A stretch of DNA of 64,000 nucleotides from an uncultured Candidatus Saccharibacteria bacterium (GTDB lineage: Bacteria > Patescibacteriota > Doudnabacteria > UBA920). Numbering within the stretch: the first letter of the stretch is position 1; each line of letters begins with the position of its first letter. The stretch lies in assembly GCA_964416765.1 (NCBI GenBank), contig CAYQEU010000001.1:212480-276479 (forward strand). The letters run 5' to 3'. Shown in pieces: positions 49,838 to 58,747 of the stretch. A program made the translations under genes and the position numbers. The notes beneath the pieces were generated by a model. It did no database searches and was not told the DNA's origin. It saw nothing but the letters and a program-made list of their open reading frames with translations.

Positions 49838-51196
49838 TTAAAAAGGTATATCATCTACAGAAACTTCTTTTTCAACTACCGGCATTAGGTCTTCTGCCTC
49901 TAGCCCCTCTAGCAACAAATTTGTATCTGCCTGTGGCAATTCTTGGACTGTTTTTAACTTTTTCTCAATAGTTCTAGATTTTTTAGCCGCATCTTCAATA
50001 GTATTACTTGCTTCACTCAACTTCTTTTGCGTTTTTTCTAAGATATCTCCAAATCTTCCAAACTCTGTCTTTACAGCTCCCAAAATTGACCAAACTTCTC
50101 CAGAACGTTTTTGAATAGCCAAAGTTCTAAAGCCCATTTGCAAACTATTTAACAGCGCACCTAAAGTCAAAGGGCTAGTAACTATTACTCTGCATTCTCG
50201 CTGGAGCATCTCGCATAATCCCGGCCTTCTGGCAACTTCTGCGTATAAGCTTTCATAAGGTAAAAATAGTATGCCGAAATCAGTGGTATGAGGAGGATTA
50301 ATATACTTATCTCTTATGGATCGTGCCTCTGTTTTGATTCTGATTTCTAGTTGTTTAGAAGCTGCTTCCACTAAATCGGCATCTGCATTTTCATAAGCTT
50401 CTACGAGTCTTTGATAATCTTCTTGCGGAAATTTAGCATCAATAGGCAACCAAATTGGTTGCTTTGAATCATCGGGTCCAGGCAGTTTAATAGCAAATTC
50501 AACACGTTCGTTGCTTCTAGGTTTAGTAGCAACATTTTTATCATATTGCTCAGGATTTAAAATTTGTTCCAAAAGCGAACCTAACTGAACTTCACCCCAT
50601 ATACCCCTAGTTTTTACGTTTGTTAAAACTTTCTTTAAGTCTCCAACACCTAAAGCAAGGTTCTGCATTTCTCCCAAACCTTTATGGACCAATTCCAATC
50701 TGTCGCTTACTAATTTAAATGAGTCTCCAAGTCTGCGTTCTAAGGTAGCGTGCAATTTTTCGTCTACGGTCGCACGCATTTTTTCTAACTTTTCCTCATT
50801 GCCTTTTTGTAGTGAATCTAGCTTTTTCTCAACCACATCTTTTACTTGATCCAGCTTCTTTTCACTCTTATCTGTCAGTCCGGTAATTGTTTTGGATAGA
50901 GCATCAAAGTTCTTATTTTGAGCTTCCGCAAATTCAAAATTTCTTTTATCTACCGAGTCTCCAAAAGTTTTAATGGTATTTGCTAATTCTTCTCTCGTTA
51001 TTTTATTGTTATTCGCTAGCTCGGTCCTATTAGTAGAAAACTCTTCTTTGACCGTTTTTTCGATGCGCTCGATAGTCTTATCAATGCTTGCATTAATACT
51101 TTGCTCAGGGTCAGTATTTTTACTTGCGTTTTTTATGACCAAATAAATAATAAGCCCTTCTAGCAAAACGGTAATAACAAGTAAAATAAGTATCAT
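49838..51196 (-). CDS. rmuC: DNA recombination protein RmuC
   Basis: TM plus coiled coil, KTRGIWGEVQL, LPIDAKFPQEDY, KYINPP.TTDF. Confidence 0.93.
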   Translation of the reverse strand: MILILLVITVLLEGLIIYLVIKNASKNTDPEQSINASIDKTIERIEKTVKEEFSTNRTELANNNKITREELANTIKTFGDSVDKRNFEFAEAQNKNFDALSKTITGLTDKSEKKLDQVKDVVEKKLDSLQKGNEEKLEKMRATVDEKLHATLERRLGDSFKLVSDRLELVHKGLGEMQNLALGVGDLKKVLTNVKTRGIWGEVQLGSLLEQILNPEQYDKNVATKPRSNERVEFAIKLPGPDDSKQPIWLPIDAKFPQEDYQRLVEAYENADADLVEAASKQLEIRIKTEARSIRDKYINPPHTTDFGILFLPYESLYAEVARRPGLCEMLQRECRVIVTSPLTLGALLNSLQMGFRTLAIQKRSGEVWSILGAVKTEFGRFGDILEKTQKKLSEASNTIEDAAKKSRTIEKKLKTVQELPQADTNLLLEGLEAEDLMPVVEKEVSVDDIPF

Positions 51197-51222
51197 ATAT
51201 TTAACTTAATTAGTTTGAAAGA

Positions 51223-54200
51223 TTAAAGAATAGGTTTAATATTCATTTCATCCAATTTTTTCCATAAACTATCCAGAGCTTTTTCCTTGTTTCGATAAAA
51301 AGCACTACCCGTAACACGCCAGAACTCCCAGCCAGCTCTGCGTAATTGCCTTTCTCTTACTTGATCTTCTTCCCAATTCTCTAAAGTATGATATTGGTCA
51401 CCATCGCATTCTACCGCCAATCTAGATTCTTCACCCTGAACAACTAAATCAATTCTATACCCAATTACCGGATATTCAGGTAAGACCTGATATCCTTTAT
51501 CAATCAATAAGTTGCCAACATCAACGGAAAATTGAGAAGCCCTACCAGCGTCAAATTCTTTCTTAAGTGCTTCACGTCCAGCATGCAGTTCTTCTTTCTT
51601 TGGGTCATAGAACCAGTTCAATATCTTATATCTCCAATCATTTTGATTACCCAATGATTCCAAAGGTAAGGAATGGAATAAGAACATCTGATCACGAGCT
51701 CTCGAGGCGGCAACGTTAAATCTACGTTTTGCGTCTTCATTAGTTAACGGTGCTACCGTATCATTTTTGTCATTCGGATTTAAGGCGCGAACCATAGACA
51801 ATAGCATTACATCACGCTCATCGCCTTGAAACTTATAAGCATCACCACACTGAATCTGTCTTTCTTCAATTTCTTTTTCAGTAAGTACGCCTTGAACTAC
51901 GAGATTTCTTATTAACTTTTCAATGTATTTAGCCTGATCTTCAGCTAACAGAGAGATTATTCCAAAAGTGCACAATCGGCCATCGGGACGTTTCTGATAT
52001 TTTGGGTCTTTAAGACACTCCACTAATTTGTTTATAATTGCTTCTGCTTCGGGCTCGTTAACTTTGTTATTAGTATTTTGGTAGCCTTTTTCAATAAACA
52101 CCGGAACCAGTGCAGGCTTTAGTAAGCCCTTAGGATTAGGATAACGCAATGGTTTAAGCTTGCCCTCGTAAATATGGTGATTACTAAATGCAATGATTTC
52201 AGGAACGCATCGGAAGTGTTCATTAAGCTGAATAATATTAGATAGTCTAATTTTGGCTAAATCAAACAAACTAGAAGTAATGGAAAAGCTATCTTTGAAT
52301 GGAATATCAAATAAAAATCTAGAAATTAGCTCAAATATCCTTTCCTGATCTTGAAATATACCTGCGGGGCTTATTTGCTCAGGATCACCTACTACCAAGA
52401 GCTTCTTGCCTAAATACCCAATTGTTAAACCTCGGATATCGCATTGACTTGCTTCATCAAATATCACCACATCAAATAAACCAGGTTTAGGTTCTGCAAA
52501 CATTTGCGCCGCCCGATGCAAAGGCATGATCCAGACAGGTACAGCATTCTTGGCTTCTTTTAGAGCCTCTTGAGCTGCTCTTAAATGTGTAACCGCATAT
52601 TTGCCAGTACCTTTTCCATATTTTTTCATTTCATGCGACCAAGCCATTAAAGCGTCGCGCTGCGGTTTTGTAACCTTATCAATCTGTCTTTGCCAGGCGA
52701 GAACAGTAACCAGTTCTGAATTTAACTGGTATTCCTTTTTCGTAAGTCGTTCAAATCTATTTTGCAATTCGTCAATATCAATATGATCATGGATAGTATC
52801 CAACCATGATTCTAGTCTTGCTATTTTCCATGCCAGTTCTAAATTTTTAGGATAATTTAATTTTTTATGATGTTCTGCAAGTTCTTTTAGGTCAGAAAAA
52901 AGGTTGGGAGCAACTTTAGAAATTCTTGAAGAAATCTCCTTAAGCTTTATGGATTGATTTCTATTCTCATGAATAATGTTCAATTCTTCAAAGGATGCTT
53001 TCCATCCAGATGAACTCCTTTTTTGCAGAGCATCAATTAAGTTTTTAACTATCGGGTGCTTAGTTTTATCATTTACGGAATCTTGTAATTTTAGGGTCCA
53101 TCCGGAAAACAATTTTTCTAACTCGATAAGTTCAAATTTTGCTACTGTGGAAGTAATGATAGCTATGATCCTTTCTATATCAGTAGGACTGGTAAAAGAT
53201 AAGTCCGATAGTTCTTTCGTTTTCTGGCAAAAAGAGTTTATGCTAGCGTATTCATCGGTATAATTTACTATTCTATGCAGACTGGCACATAGTACTTCAA
53301 GTTTTACGATATCTACCAATATATCAAAATCGGGAGATGATTTAAGACCGGAAAAACTCTGTTCAAGTAAAAGTTCAATTTCCTTTTGTGCTTTGATGGC
53401 CTGTACGTAATGGCGGAACAGTTCAACACTTTCCTTTTCAGTAGGTGCACTTCCATTCACCGTGTAAGTTTCTAAGACTTTTTTAGCGATTGAGGGTAAG
53501 AGGATTTTATTTAAAGTAGTTATCTTTCCTCCATTTTTAACTTTTTCAAGTAAAGCATTTACTGCCTTATTTAGATCATTAATAGAAAGTTGCGTTTTAC
53601 CCTCAACTTCGTGACCTAATAAGGCATTGTGACAAGTGCCGATTAAACTTATTTTTTCGGAAATTTTCTCAATTACTGTCCGCCATTTTTCCTTTTCGTG
53701 AGTACTCGAAGCACAAAGATTAAAAATTTCTAACTCATATCCCTCACGAATCGAGTTTAGTAATTTCTTAGCATCTAGCAATTTATTCCATACGCTGGTT
53801 AATTCTGCTGGTTCAAATTCCAGGTTTTTATGATTGAATACTTCGCTAGAGGTTTGAGCTTTATTAGAAAGATCCCTATACGAAGCAAAGGCTTGTAATA
53901 CAGCTTCTTCGTCAGGTAACGTAGATAGCGGGGGTAATTCGTATTTATATAAATCTCTATCCTCTCGGGTTAAATGAGATAATAGTTCATGGCACGCAAC
54001 TATATCTTGATCCGTAAAATCAAGCTCTATCTTAAAATCTATATTATCAGTGAACCAATCAATATCGCCAGTTTTCCTATGTTTATTTACCAGCTGCGCC
54101 GCGTCAATTGGTTTAATGACTTCGTTACCAATATTTATTTCTGCAGTTGAGTCAGTGAGAATATAATGTCGTATCTGATTGGCTAGGTCTGCCTTTTCTG

Positions 54201-55842
54201 CTCGAACATCTTTTAGCTCCTTTCTAAAACGTTCCGCACGTTCCTCGCTAAATTTTGTGTGCCGCTCTCCTAAGTTTGAGCTTATTTCGCTAATTGATTG
54301 CTGGAGAACATCATCTCTCTTTGCAGTTTGGTGAAGTTGAGACACTGCCAAGCTACGAATATTTTCTGGTAGCTTATCTCTTAATACTTCTAGAGCCTTA
54401 CTTGTTTGGGAGGTAACTAAAACCGTCTTACCTTGCGCTAAGAAGCGGGATATTAGATTGGCAATCGTATGACTTTTACCAGTTCCGGGTGGACCTTTAA
54501 CTACAACACCATAATTTGAATCTAAACGTTCGGCAATTCTTTTTTGTTCATCATTCCACGGCAATGGGAAAAAGAGTTCTGATTCAGTAATTGACTTTTG
54601 TGCGGATCCGTCGGAAGATCCACTTTTGGTCTGTTCTTCATAGTCCCCAATAAGATCTTTGATAAACTCGGTGGGCTCAATATCACTTTGTTCTATATCT
54701 CTACGAATAAGTCCGGCGTATTTCGACCACAAGTCATTATTACGCTTACGTGCAAAAATAACTGGGGCATTCCAAATGGCTGGTACTTCTGTCAGCTCAG
54801 GAGCAGTTACCATTTGGTCAGTAAATTTATCTTCGCTATCGGTTGATATGTAATTGATTAGTGTTCTGCTTTGAGTTTTCAGAGATTGCAGATGCCAGAA
54901 ATCGAAAGGATTTGCATTAATTGCATCGGTCCAAGCAATAAGATCCATTTCCGCAGGATTATCCATTTCATACAGAGGAGACGTTTCTACAAATCCTCTA
55001 AACATCGTATCTGCAGAAATCTCAATGACTCGCTTGGAAGCATCAAAGTCAATTGTTAATGGAGTTAGGAAAACAGGAGCGTATATTGCACCCACAGACT
55101 TACTTTGCCACGTAAGAAGACCTTGACCCAACAGAAGCTCATAACTATCACCTTCATTTTTTAGCAATAGTCTTAGCGCATATAATTGATCGTATAAGAG
55201 GTTTGCTTTATAAACCTTTTTAACCTTATTTGCCCAAGGCTCCCAATCGTTTTTAATATAACCCTTTAATAATTTCTCGAGCTCAGGATGATCATTCCAA
55301 TGATCTTCTAGGTACTGAAGTTCAATATGCTCTGGTAAACTCTGTGGGTTGACGGTAACCCAATCTTCCAATATTTTAGGAATTCTTTGACCCTGCTCAT
55401 AGCTCTTTTTAAAATTTTTAAATTCGCTGATCCTATTTTTGTCTTGATCAAAACTTATTTGGCGATCTATTTTTTCTTTAGGCTTTGGCTGTGTAAGTGG
55501 TGTAACTTCTTCAATCCATTCTTCTAAAGCTTTTGGTAATACTGGCGCGCTCTTGATGTTCTTTTTCTCTACACGTAACCAAGCAGCAGACGAAGGGAGA
55601 ACCTCGGTATTACTTTCAGTTTCAAACGGCCTAATAGATAAGTTCTCCACATCTAATGGAAAATCAGCCAACCACCATGGAGATGGTGGGGTTGCAACAT
55701 TTCTAAAATCTCGGACTACTGCATCATCAAGAGATAAAGCCTTTTCTAAGTAAGTAAATAATCTTACTATCTTATTTCCCTGATCACTTATACTTTTAAC
55801 AGTAGGACCTTTTTGTTCTGTAAGAGGTACCTTATCGGACAT
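51223..55842 (-). CDS. Superfamily 1 (UPF1/DNA2-like) helicase fused to a C-terminal Vsr/DUF559-like endonuclease
   Basis: GPPGTGKS, DEASQ, GDPEQ, EHFRC, FQGDERD, NVAASRARD; C-terminal RIDLVV..LAVECDG.QYH...RERQL..AGW. Confidence 0.88.
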   Translation of the reverse strand: MSDKVPLTEQKGPTVKSISDQGNKIVRLFTYLEKALSLDDAVVRDFRNVATPPSPWWLADFPLDVENLSIRPFETESNTEVLPSSAAWLRVEKKNIKSAPVLPKALEEWIEEVTPLTQPKPKEKIDRQISFDQDKNRISEFKNFKKSYEQGQRIPKILEDWVTVNPQSLPEHIELQYLEDHWNDHPELEKLLKGYIKNDWEPWANKVKKVYKANLLYDQLYALRLLLKNEGDSYELLLGQGLLTWQSKSVGAIYAPVFLTPLTIDFDASKRVIEISADTMFRGFVETSPLYEMDNPAEMDLIAWTDAINANPFDFWHLQSLKTQSRTLINYISTDSEDKFTDQMVTAPELTEVPAIWNAPVIFARKRNNDLWSKYAGLIRRDIEQSDIEPTEFIKDLIGDYEEQTKSGSSDGSAQKSITESELFFPLPWNDEQKRIAERLDSNYGVVVKGPPGTGKSHTIANLISRFLAQGKTVLVTSQTSKALEVLRDKLPENIRSLAVSQLHQTAKRDDVLQQSISEISSNLGERHTKFSEERAERFRKELKDVRAEKADLANQIRHYILTDSTAEINIGNEVIKPIDAAQLVNKHRKTGDIDWFTDNIDFKIELDFTDQDIVACHELLSHLTREDRDLYKYELPPLSTLPDEEAVLQAFASYRDLSNKAQTSSEVFNHKNLEFEPAELTSVWNKLLDAKKLLNSIREGYELEIFNLCASSTHEKEKWRTVIEKISEKISLIGTCHNALLGHEVEGKTQLSINDLNKAVNALLEKVKNGGKITTLNKILLPSIAKKVLETYTVNGSAPTEKESVELFRHYVQAIKAQKEIELLLEQSFSGLKSSPDFDILVDIVKLEVLCASLHRIVNYTDEYASINSFCQKTKELSDLSFTSPTDIERIIAIITSTVAKFELIELEKLFSGWTLKLQDSVNDKTKHPIVKNLIDALQKRSSSGWKASFEELNIIHENRNQSIKLKEISSRISKVAPNLFSDLKELAEHHKKLNYPKNLELAWKIARLESWLDTIHDHIDIDELQNRFERLTKKEYQLNSELVTVLAWQRQIDKVTKPQRDALMAWSHEMKKYGKGTGKYAVTHLRAAQEALKEAKNAVPVWIMPLHRAAQMFAEPKPGLFDVVIFDEASQCDIRGLTIGYLGKKLLVVGDPEQISPAGIFQDQERIFELISRFLFDIPFKDSFSITSSLFDLAKIRLSNIIQLNEHFRCVPEIIAFSNHHIYEGKLKPLRYPNPKGLLKPALVPVFIEKGYQNTNNKVNEPEAEAIINKLVECLKDPKYQKRPDGRLCTFGIISLLAEDQAKYIEKLIRNLVVQGVLTEKEIEERQIQCGDAYKFQGDERDVMLLSMVRALNPNDKNDTVAPLTNEDAKRRFNVAASRARDQMFLFHSLPLESLGNQNDWRYKILNWFYDPKKEELHAGREALKKEFDAGRASQFSVDVGNLLIDKGYQVLPEYPVIGYRIDLVVQGEESRLAVECDGDQYHTLENWEEDQVRERQLRRAGWEFWRVTGSAFYRNKEKALDSLWKKLDEMNIKPIL

Positions 55843-55952
55843 AACGAATTTTGCGTTGGTAAATATGCCTTATTTTAGCATTTTTTATTCAATGTTTACA
55901 AAGGATAGACGTTCATAATCTATCCAAAAAGAATTTAGATTTTCTTTAACTT

Positions 55953-56513
55953 TTATTTATTTACGACCCATTCAGCTGGTAGATAACCAGAAAGACCTAC
56001 TTTATCTTTATCAACGTCGTTAACTCCAGCGAGAATCCTCACTCTTCGGTACGGAAAACTTTTATCAATGAGCTGTACTTTTGATCCGTTGCCTACACAA
56101 AATGCACCGGGAATTTCTAAAAGGCCTAGAAAATCTTTGGCTGCAAGAGCCTTGCCGATAGCTTCAGCGTCATCTTTAGTTTTACCAAGACAGATATTTT
56201 GATCAGTGCCGTCGTATCCCGGAATACGAAGATAACCTTGATCACCAACTTTCATACTTTCCCAATCCCCACCGGTTGCAGCGGTAGTAGCAGGTTGATT
56301 ACCATTTTGAATTTCTGCGGACTTTTGTCGGGCACTATCTTTTGAGCTGCTGGCTATACCAATAACAATTGGCAGTCCAAACAATAAAAGTAGTGCGGTT
56401 AATACTTTATGCCTGCTGAACCAGTTTCTTAAATCACTCTGACACTGGGGACACTTCTTGGCCGTGGCATTGATTTCTGATTTGCAATGCGGACACACCT
56501 TAGTTGCTTGCAT
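55953..56513 (-). CDS. Double zinc-ribbon, single-TM membrane protein
   Basis: MQATKVCPHCKSEINATAKKCPQCQ, TM, soluble C-terminal domain; ATG at 56513 preferred over the TTG at 56594. Confidence 0.75.
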   Translation of the reverse strand: MQATKVCPHCKSEINATAKKCPQCQSDLRNWFSRHKVLTALLLLFGLPIVIGIASSSKDSARQKSAEIQNGNQPATTAATGGDWESMKVGDQGYLRIPGYDGTDQNICLGKTKDDAEAIGKALAAKDFLGLLEIPGAFCVGNGSKVQLIDKSFPYRRVRILAGVNDVDKDKVGLSGYLPAEWVVNK

Positions 56514-56710
56514 TCTTGTAGCATGGTCTTTCCGGCAAACGGATAAACAAAAGGGGCTACCCGCTTGCCTGACAGCCCCTTTCGGAACTGCCAACCAACC
56601 TTTCGGCTGGTGACCATGCTACTGGAAGCAAGACGGATAGCCGCCTTCATGTAGCATGGTTCTTGCGCCATACCTCGCATTTCTACGAGGGTTAGGACAT
56701 TAATTTGTTA
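56514..56710 (-). ncRNA. Structured leader RNA, copy A (candidate new motif)
   Basis: TATAAT 56716-56721; CCUAAC-helix-UAUGG; X=ACCAUGCUAC (56651-60), anti-X (56613-22), two GAAA hairpins, long hairpin, second X (56518-27). Confidence 0.7.
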
Positions 56711-56806
56711 AGCTAATTATACGATATTTTGACGATTCCGTATAATCCCGTCCATCCTATACTATTCCCCTGATTTTGCGAAGTCCCAAGTTATCAACAA
56801 GTTTTC

Positions 56807-57057
56807 TTGCGTTTCCAAAGGCTTTATGGTAATTTTTAAATACAAATTAATACATGCGAGGTTCTGCCCGGTTTCGCTCAGATTTTCCCGGAAGTAGTAC
56901 GCACCTATCACTGCGGTACTTCCAGACTCAGGATTCATAGACCCATGTTGGGGTACAACACCTTTTGGTGTCGTACTTCCACGTCCGTGGCCTCAAAGAA
57001 GTAACCGACCCAAAGGGGTCGGATTTTTGTTAATAGGCCGCGAGAAAGAAAAAATAT
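56807..57057 (+). promoter_or_regulatory. Promoter and ~215-nt multi-hairpin leader of the MTase-terminase operon
   Basis: TTGCGT-17-TAATTT with TG extension; hairpins at 56890-56923, 56949-56981, 56986-57042. Confidence 0.5.
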
Positions 57058-58341
57058 ATGGCAACGAATAAGTTGCAAATCCAGCAAGTTAGTATTGGAC
57101 TGCTTAAGCCCGCGCTTTATAACCCGAGGAAACACACGCCTCAGGCTATGGAGCAATTAAAAGCATCGATTAAGAGGTTCGGGTTAGTCGATCCCATTAT
57201 CGCCAATGGTGCTGCAAGCAGAAAGAATATTGTCATAGGAGGACACTTTAGACTGAAAGCTGCTAAAGAACTTGGATATAAACAAGTTCCGGTAGTTTAC
57301 TTAAACATTCCAAATGTTAAAAAAGAAACTGAATTAAATCTTCGGCTCAACCGCAATACGGGAGAATGGGATTTCGAGCTACTCAAGTCCTTCGATATGG
57401 ATCTGCTGCTGGATGTCGGCTTTGATGATACCAACCTTTCAAGTATTTGGAATGATACGCTGCAAACTGAGGATGATGAATTCGACGTTGAAAAAGAATT
57501 AAAGAAAACCAAGAAACCGAAAACCAAACCGGGCGAAATCTACCAGCTCGGCAGCCATAGATTAATCTGCGGCGATTCAACAAACGTAGATGTTGTAAAA
57601 ATCTTACTTGGCAAAAATCAGGCTGACATGGTTTACTGCGATCCGCCTTTCAATATTTCTCTGGACTACGACAAAGGCATCGGCAACAATGTTGGCAAAT
57701 ACGGCGGAATTCATACCAATGATAACCGGACGGATTTGGAATATCGCAAGTTCCTCAAAGCAACAATGGAAAATGGCTTAGCAGTTTCCAAGAAAAATTT
57801 ACACATATTCTACTTCTCCGACGAAACCTACATCGGTATGATCCAATCTTTATTTGCAGAATTAGGCCTGCAAAATCGTAGGGTTTGTATGTGGGTAAAG
57901 AATAACCAAAACCCTACACCGCAAATTGCTTTCAACAAGGTCTATGAACCAGTAACCTATGCGACCCGAGGCAATCCATACCTCGCTAAGATCGTGACTA
58001 ATCTTAACGAGATTTTGAATAAGGAGGTAGGTACTGGCAACCGTGTCCATGACGATATTTTAGACCTCTTTAATATCTGGCTCGCCAAGCGCAAAGCCGG
58101 ACAAGATTACAACCACCCAACCGAGAAACCGCCAACGCTTCATGAGAAAGCTTTGCGCCGTTGCACTAAACCTGGCAATTTAGTCTTAGATTTATTCGGC
58201 GGTAGTGGATCAACTTTGGTTGCGTGCGAGCAGCTCAAGCGCAAGTGCTTCTTGGTAGAATTCGAACCGATCTTTTGCGATCTGATTATTAAGCGTTTTG
58301 AAAAGCTAACGGGCATTAAAGCCAAGAAGTATGAAAACTAA
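57058..58341 (+). CDS. ParB-N domain plus N6/N4 DNA methyltransferase (beta class, phage-type)
   Basis: YNPR, FGLVDPI, GGHFR ParBc; motif IV DPPF; HPTEKP; motif I DLFGGSGST. Confidence 0.92.
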   Translation: MATNKLQIQQVSIGLLKPALYNPRKHTPQAMEQLKASIKRFGLVDPIIANGAASRKNIVIGGHFRLKAAKELGYKQVPVVYLNIPNVKKETELNLRLNRNTGEWDFELLKSFDMDLLLDVGFDDTNLSSIWNDTLQTEDDEFDVEKELKKTKKPKTKPGEIYQLGSHRLICGDSTNVDVVKILLGKNQADMVYCDPPFNISLDYDKGIGNNVGKYGGIHTNDNRTDLEYRKFLKATMENGLAVSKKNLHIFYFSDETYIGMIQSLFAELGLQNRRVCMWVKNNQNPTPQIAFNKVYEPVTYATRGNPYLAKIVTNLNEILNKEVGTGNRVHDDILDLFNIWLAKRKAGQDYNHPTEKPPTLHEKALRRCTKPGNLVLDLFGGSGSTLVACEQLKRKCFLVEFEPIFCDLIIKRFEKLTGIKAKKYEN

Positions 58342-58747
58342 GCAGCAAAAACAACTGCTTCTAGAGCAGCTCAAGAAAACGCCAATTGTTCAGGTTGCCT
58401 GTGAAAAGACTGGGGTCGGCAGGGCAACCTACTATCGCTGGATGAAAGATGATAAAGCCTTTGCCAAAGAGGCCGAAGAAGCCTTGCAAGCTGGAAGTCT
58501 CATGGTCAACGATATGGCTGAAAGCCAGCTTATGGCAGCCATTCGGGATAAAAATATGACGGCAATTATCTTTTGGCTGAAACACCATCATCCGACCTAC
58601 GGCACGAGAATAGAAATAAACGGACACTTAAAAACTTCTTTTGAAGAATTAACACCAGAGCAAGAAGCCTTAGTCCGTAAGGCTTTGAGGCTCGCAGCCT
58701 TGGATACTAATACCTATGATAATGGAAACACAAAACATACTCCCTGA
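58331..58747 (+). CDS. HTH protein, probable terminase small subunit
   Basis: ACEKTGVGRATYYRW..DD..F HTH, AIIFWLK; overlaps both the MTase gene and terL. Confidence 0.75.
   Translation: MKTKQQKQLLLEQLKKTPIVQVACEKTGVGRATYYRWMKDDKAFAKEAEEALQAGSLMVNDMAESQLMAAIRDKNMTAIIFWLKHHHPTYGTRIEINGHLKTSFEELTPEQEALVRKALRLAALDTNTYDNGNTKHTP

Noticed and set aside
55953-56594. Extended TTG start for the zinc-ribbon gene, and ORFs 56429-56680, 63132-63440 and 63346-63531
   Set aside because: They run through the structured RNA elements and have no protein-like features; the ATG at 56513 gives a typical N-terminal zinc ribbon.
56650-56690. Resemblance of RNA A to a purine riboswitch (CGUA...UGCG-AGGUAUGG-CGCA)
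   Set aside because: The GUUUCUACC junction and P3 are missing and copy B does not keep the pattern; the tetraloop-receptor reading fits both copies.
56716-56746. TATACG/CGTATA half-sites matching the dinB palindrome in the island control region
   Set aside because: The spacing is much longer than in the dinB box, and the match is explained by two divergent TATAAT boxes.
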